Below, one piece after another: positions 61,123 to 64,000 of a stretch of 64,000 nucleotides of DNA (positions are counted from its first letter, which is position 1; each line of letters begins with the position of its first letter). Below the pieces are notes generated by a model. It worked only from the letters and a program-made list of their open reading frames with translations. It made no database searches and was not told the DNA's origin. Source of the DNA: Eledone cirrhosa (Eukaryota); the NCBI GenBank assembly GCA_964016885.1, contig OZ024744.1:119598001-119662000 (forward strand), in the 5' to 3' direction. The position numbers were made by a program, and so were the translations under genes.

Positions 61123-61492
61123 AAACATATGAAACAATCACAGGGAATAATTTGTAAAGTGTGTAAGCATACACAGCTAGGTAGGTAACTAATTAAAGTT
61201 TAACTAGAACTTCAAATATAGATACCTTTTAAAATGATTAATCTCCTTTGTATATATTTCTTCAAATAAAAAATATATTTCACCATCAATCAGTAAATCA
61301 CAGCAGTCAAATTCCGGATGGTCACCAAAGGAGAAGATCCAACTATCTGTGTTTACACAGCAAATGCAAATCTGTGAATGACCCGTACCACGTGTTGCAT
61401 ATTTGAAGTTCTAGTTAAACTTTAATTAGTTACCTACCTAGCTGTGTGTGCTTACACACTTTACAAATTATTCCCTGTGATTGTTTCATATG
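61123..61492. repeat. ~95-bp inverted repeat with ~180-bp spacer (MITE-like or inverted PLE ends)
   Basis: 61123-61219 vs 61399-61492 are reverse complements; TA-rich flanks. Confidence 0.8.
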
Positions 61493-61512
61493 TATATATA
61501 AATATATACATA

Positions 61513-61588
<76 letters not shown>

Positions 61589-62022
61589 AAAGTTACAACA
61601 TACCCGCTTTGGCTAAGAACGAAAGACTTGCTGAAGAAGTAAATCCTATGTTCTGTCGTCAAAAACCATTATATTGCAGACTCCTCCAATAGGAATTTGT
61701 CGATCTTGGATTTTCAGAAACTTAGCGCTGATGTTGGATGCTATATGTGATCTTTCTTGTTGATATACGATGTAAGTTATATATTTTACACTCAGCCTCA
61801 TCGCTATGTCCGGGTCAGTATAAAATCTTTTCCTGGGTCCTGTATTTTCGTTGCTCTGGTAATGCGGCTGAACTGCCGACTGCTATATCTGATTTGCTAA
61901 GCTGTCTGAACGTAATGTTATTACTCTGGGGTCTTACCTCATCCGAGTGCTAAAGCTACAGACCGATTATGCATATACGCTAGCTTGGTCGTATACTAAA
62001 GCTTCGTCAATGCTGTACTAAA

Positions 62023-62134
<112 letters not shown>

Positions 62135-62155
62135 ATGTATATATATATATATATA

Positions 62156-62260
<105 letters not shown>

Positions 62261-62262
62261 GT

Positions 62263-63798
62263 TTGTATATGTATGAATTATTCACAGAGATCCCGGACAT
62301 GACTGCAGCCCAGATCGAAAAACAGACCAACTCCATCTGGTTCGACATCTGTAGGAGAAGACAACTCCCAAATAAAGTTAAGCTCAACTACACCACTAGA
62401 AATAGCAGACTGCCCACTTTCTACCACCTCATCAAGACCCACAAGAATAGTACTAAGACGCAAATAAGACCCATCGTCTCTAGCATAGAAGGACCCCTAT
62501 ACAGAATTTCCTGGCTCCTCTACCAGGTCCTCAAGCCTCTACTCTCCACCTTTCCCGGGCATGTCAGTAGCTCCGACGAAGTCATACGTAGACTACATCA
62601 ACTCCAGCCAGAACAACTTAAACTAAATAGAGACGCCTTTAGCCTCGACGTTGTCTCCCTCTACACTAGAGTCCCCGCTCATCCAGCTGTCGATTTATTG
62701 ACGGACTGCGTGGTCGCAGAGGACATCCACTGCTACGGCCTCCACCCGACGGACATACACCAACTTTTGTCCTTCACAGTAGACAACACGTACTTCACCT
62801 TCCACCACCACACATACAGACAGACAACAGGATTACCCATGGGATCCAGCCTATCGGGCCTGCTGGCCATCACCTACATGAACCAGCTAGAATGCCGAGC
62901 CCTCAACACCTGCCATTCCCATACCTTCTTCACCCGATATGTAGATGACATACTCATCCTTACATCATCCCGTGAGGAGGCGGATAAAATATACACAACA
63001 TTCTCCAGCATGGACGCCAGTATAAAGTTCAGCATAGAACACCCCGATGACCGCGGATCCCTATCCCTACTGGACTTCCAACTCAGGGTAACAGAGGAAG
63101 GCAACATCCACACCTGCTTCTATAAAAAAGCCGCCAGCAGGGACCTGTTCGTACATTTCAGATCGGCCCTCCCACTCGGTGCCAAGTTCGGATACATAAG
63201 GAACGAACTGGCACGTATCCGGAACAAATGCAACGACGCTAGAGACCGAGACACACACACCACACATTTCCTGGAAGTACTCAAACTGAACGGATACACG
63301 ACATCCACCACAAACCGTGCCAGAAAGAACAGAGGACATTACACCCGAGGCACTAACACTTGCTTCCTGAAGCTCCCACACTTCAGTGAAGAAACAACAA
63401 CAGCCATCCGCAGAGCTATCAGACGAGAGGGACTAGATATCCAACTGGCCCACTCAGGTCCTTCTCTACGCGGACAGCTAACCAAAAGACACTCCACCAG
63501 ACATGACAACTGCTGCAGACTAGCCAACTGCCCCATCAAGGACACAGACCTATGCCACCAGGCTTACGTCGTATACAGACTAGAGTGTGACAAATGCAAC
63601 AACTTCTACGTAGGTAGCACCACCAGACCACTCCACATAAGAATAAAAGAACACCTCAATACTAACGCTTCCTCATTTAAGAAACACCTAGTTAAATGCA
63701 AAAACACCGACAAAACCATAACAGTTAGGATAGAAACTAAGGAAAAAAACCTCGGCAATCTTAGAATTAAGGAAGCACTAATTATAGATAAAACATAA
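62263..63798 (+). CDS. PLE RT + GIY-YIG endonuclease (RYVDD type, Cys-rich linker), N-truncated
   Basis: [63 protein letters not shown]. Confidence 0.92.
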   Translation: MYMYELFTEIPDMTAAQIEKQTNSIWFDICRRRQLPNKVKLNYTTRNSRLPTFYHLIKTHKNSTKTQIRPIVSSIEGPLYRISWLLYQVLKPLLSTFPGHVSSSDEVIRRLHQLQPEQLKLNRDAFSLDVVSLYTRVPAHPAVDLLTDCVVAEDIHCYGLHPTDIHQLLSFTVDNTYFTFHHHTYRQTTGLPMGSSLSGLLAITYMNQLECRALNTCHSHTFFTRYVDDILILTSSREEADKIYTTFSSMDASIKFSIEHPDDRGSLSLLDFQLRVTEEGNIHTCFYKKAASRDLFVHFRSALPLGAKFGYIRNELARIRNKCNDARDRDTHTTHFLEVLKLNGYTTSTTNRARKNRGHYTRGTNTCFLKLPHFSEETTTAIRRAIRREGLDIQLAHSGPSLRGQLTKRHSTRHDNCCRLANCPIKDTDLCHQAYVVYRLECDKCNNFYVGSTTRPLHIRIKEHLNTNASSFKKHLVKCKNTDKTITVRIETKEKNLGNLRIKEALIIDKT

Positions 63799-64000
63799 CC
63801 ACCAATCAATAATAGACTAGAACTCAACACCCAATTTATAACCTGATAGAGCTTCTAGTCCCATATTTACACACACCCCCCACACACACACGCACGCACG
63901 CACACACACACACATGCTTACACCTCCACTTATTCTCTCTCACACATACACACACACAACCAGTTCTAACCCCAGATAACACCTATCCCCCACATTTACG

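Noticed and set aside
61625-61730. CTGAAGA ... GAAA pair as a hammerhead
   Set aside because: No convincing stem I or NUH site could be built

Overview
Very AT-rich animal genomic DNA. The SINE, RTE and (TA)n content suggests a cephalopod such as octopus, but that is an inference. I can support no intact host gene. The window is almost entirely retroelements embedded in (TA)n microsatellites. It holds about 10 copies or fragments of Naiad-type Penelope-like elements (PLEs; RT motifs MGSSDSAQVTDLVG and GGLYRDD plus C-terminal GIY-YIG), including one full-length copy between two 217-bp pseudo-LTRs. It also holds three PLEs of a different RYVDD type, four RTE-clade LINE copies, tRNA-SINEs and two small Helitrons. 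The hidden layer is RNA structure: about 30 type-I hammerhead ribozyme (HHR) motifs of at least 9 sequence types. Two related non-coding tandem-repeat families (~441 and 469 bp) carry one HHR and one octamer per unit and look like non-LTR retrozymes. Nearly every PLE, solo pLTR and retrozyme insertion has the same head-to-head (5'-to-5') inverted architecture, usually with the outer ends in (TA)n. This points to a shared PLE-driven, TA-associated, two-ended integration process. All coordinates and pairings were read by eye and may be off by a few bases.
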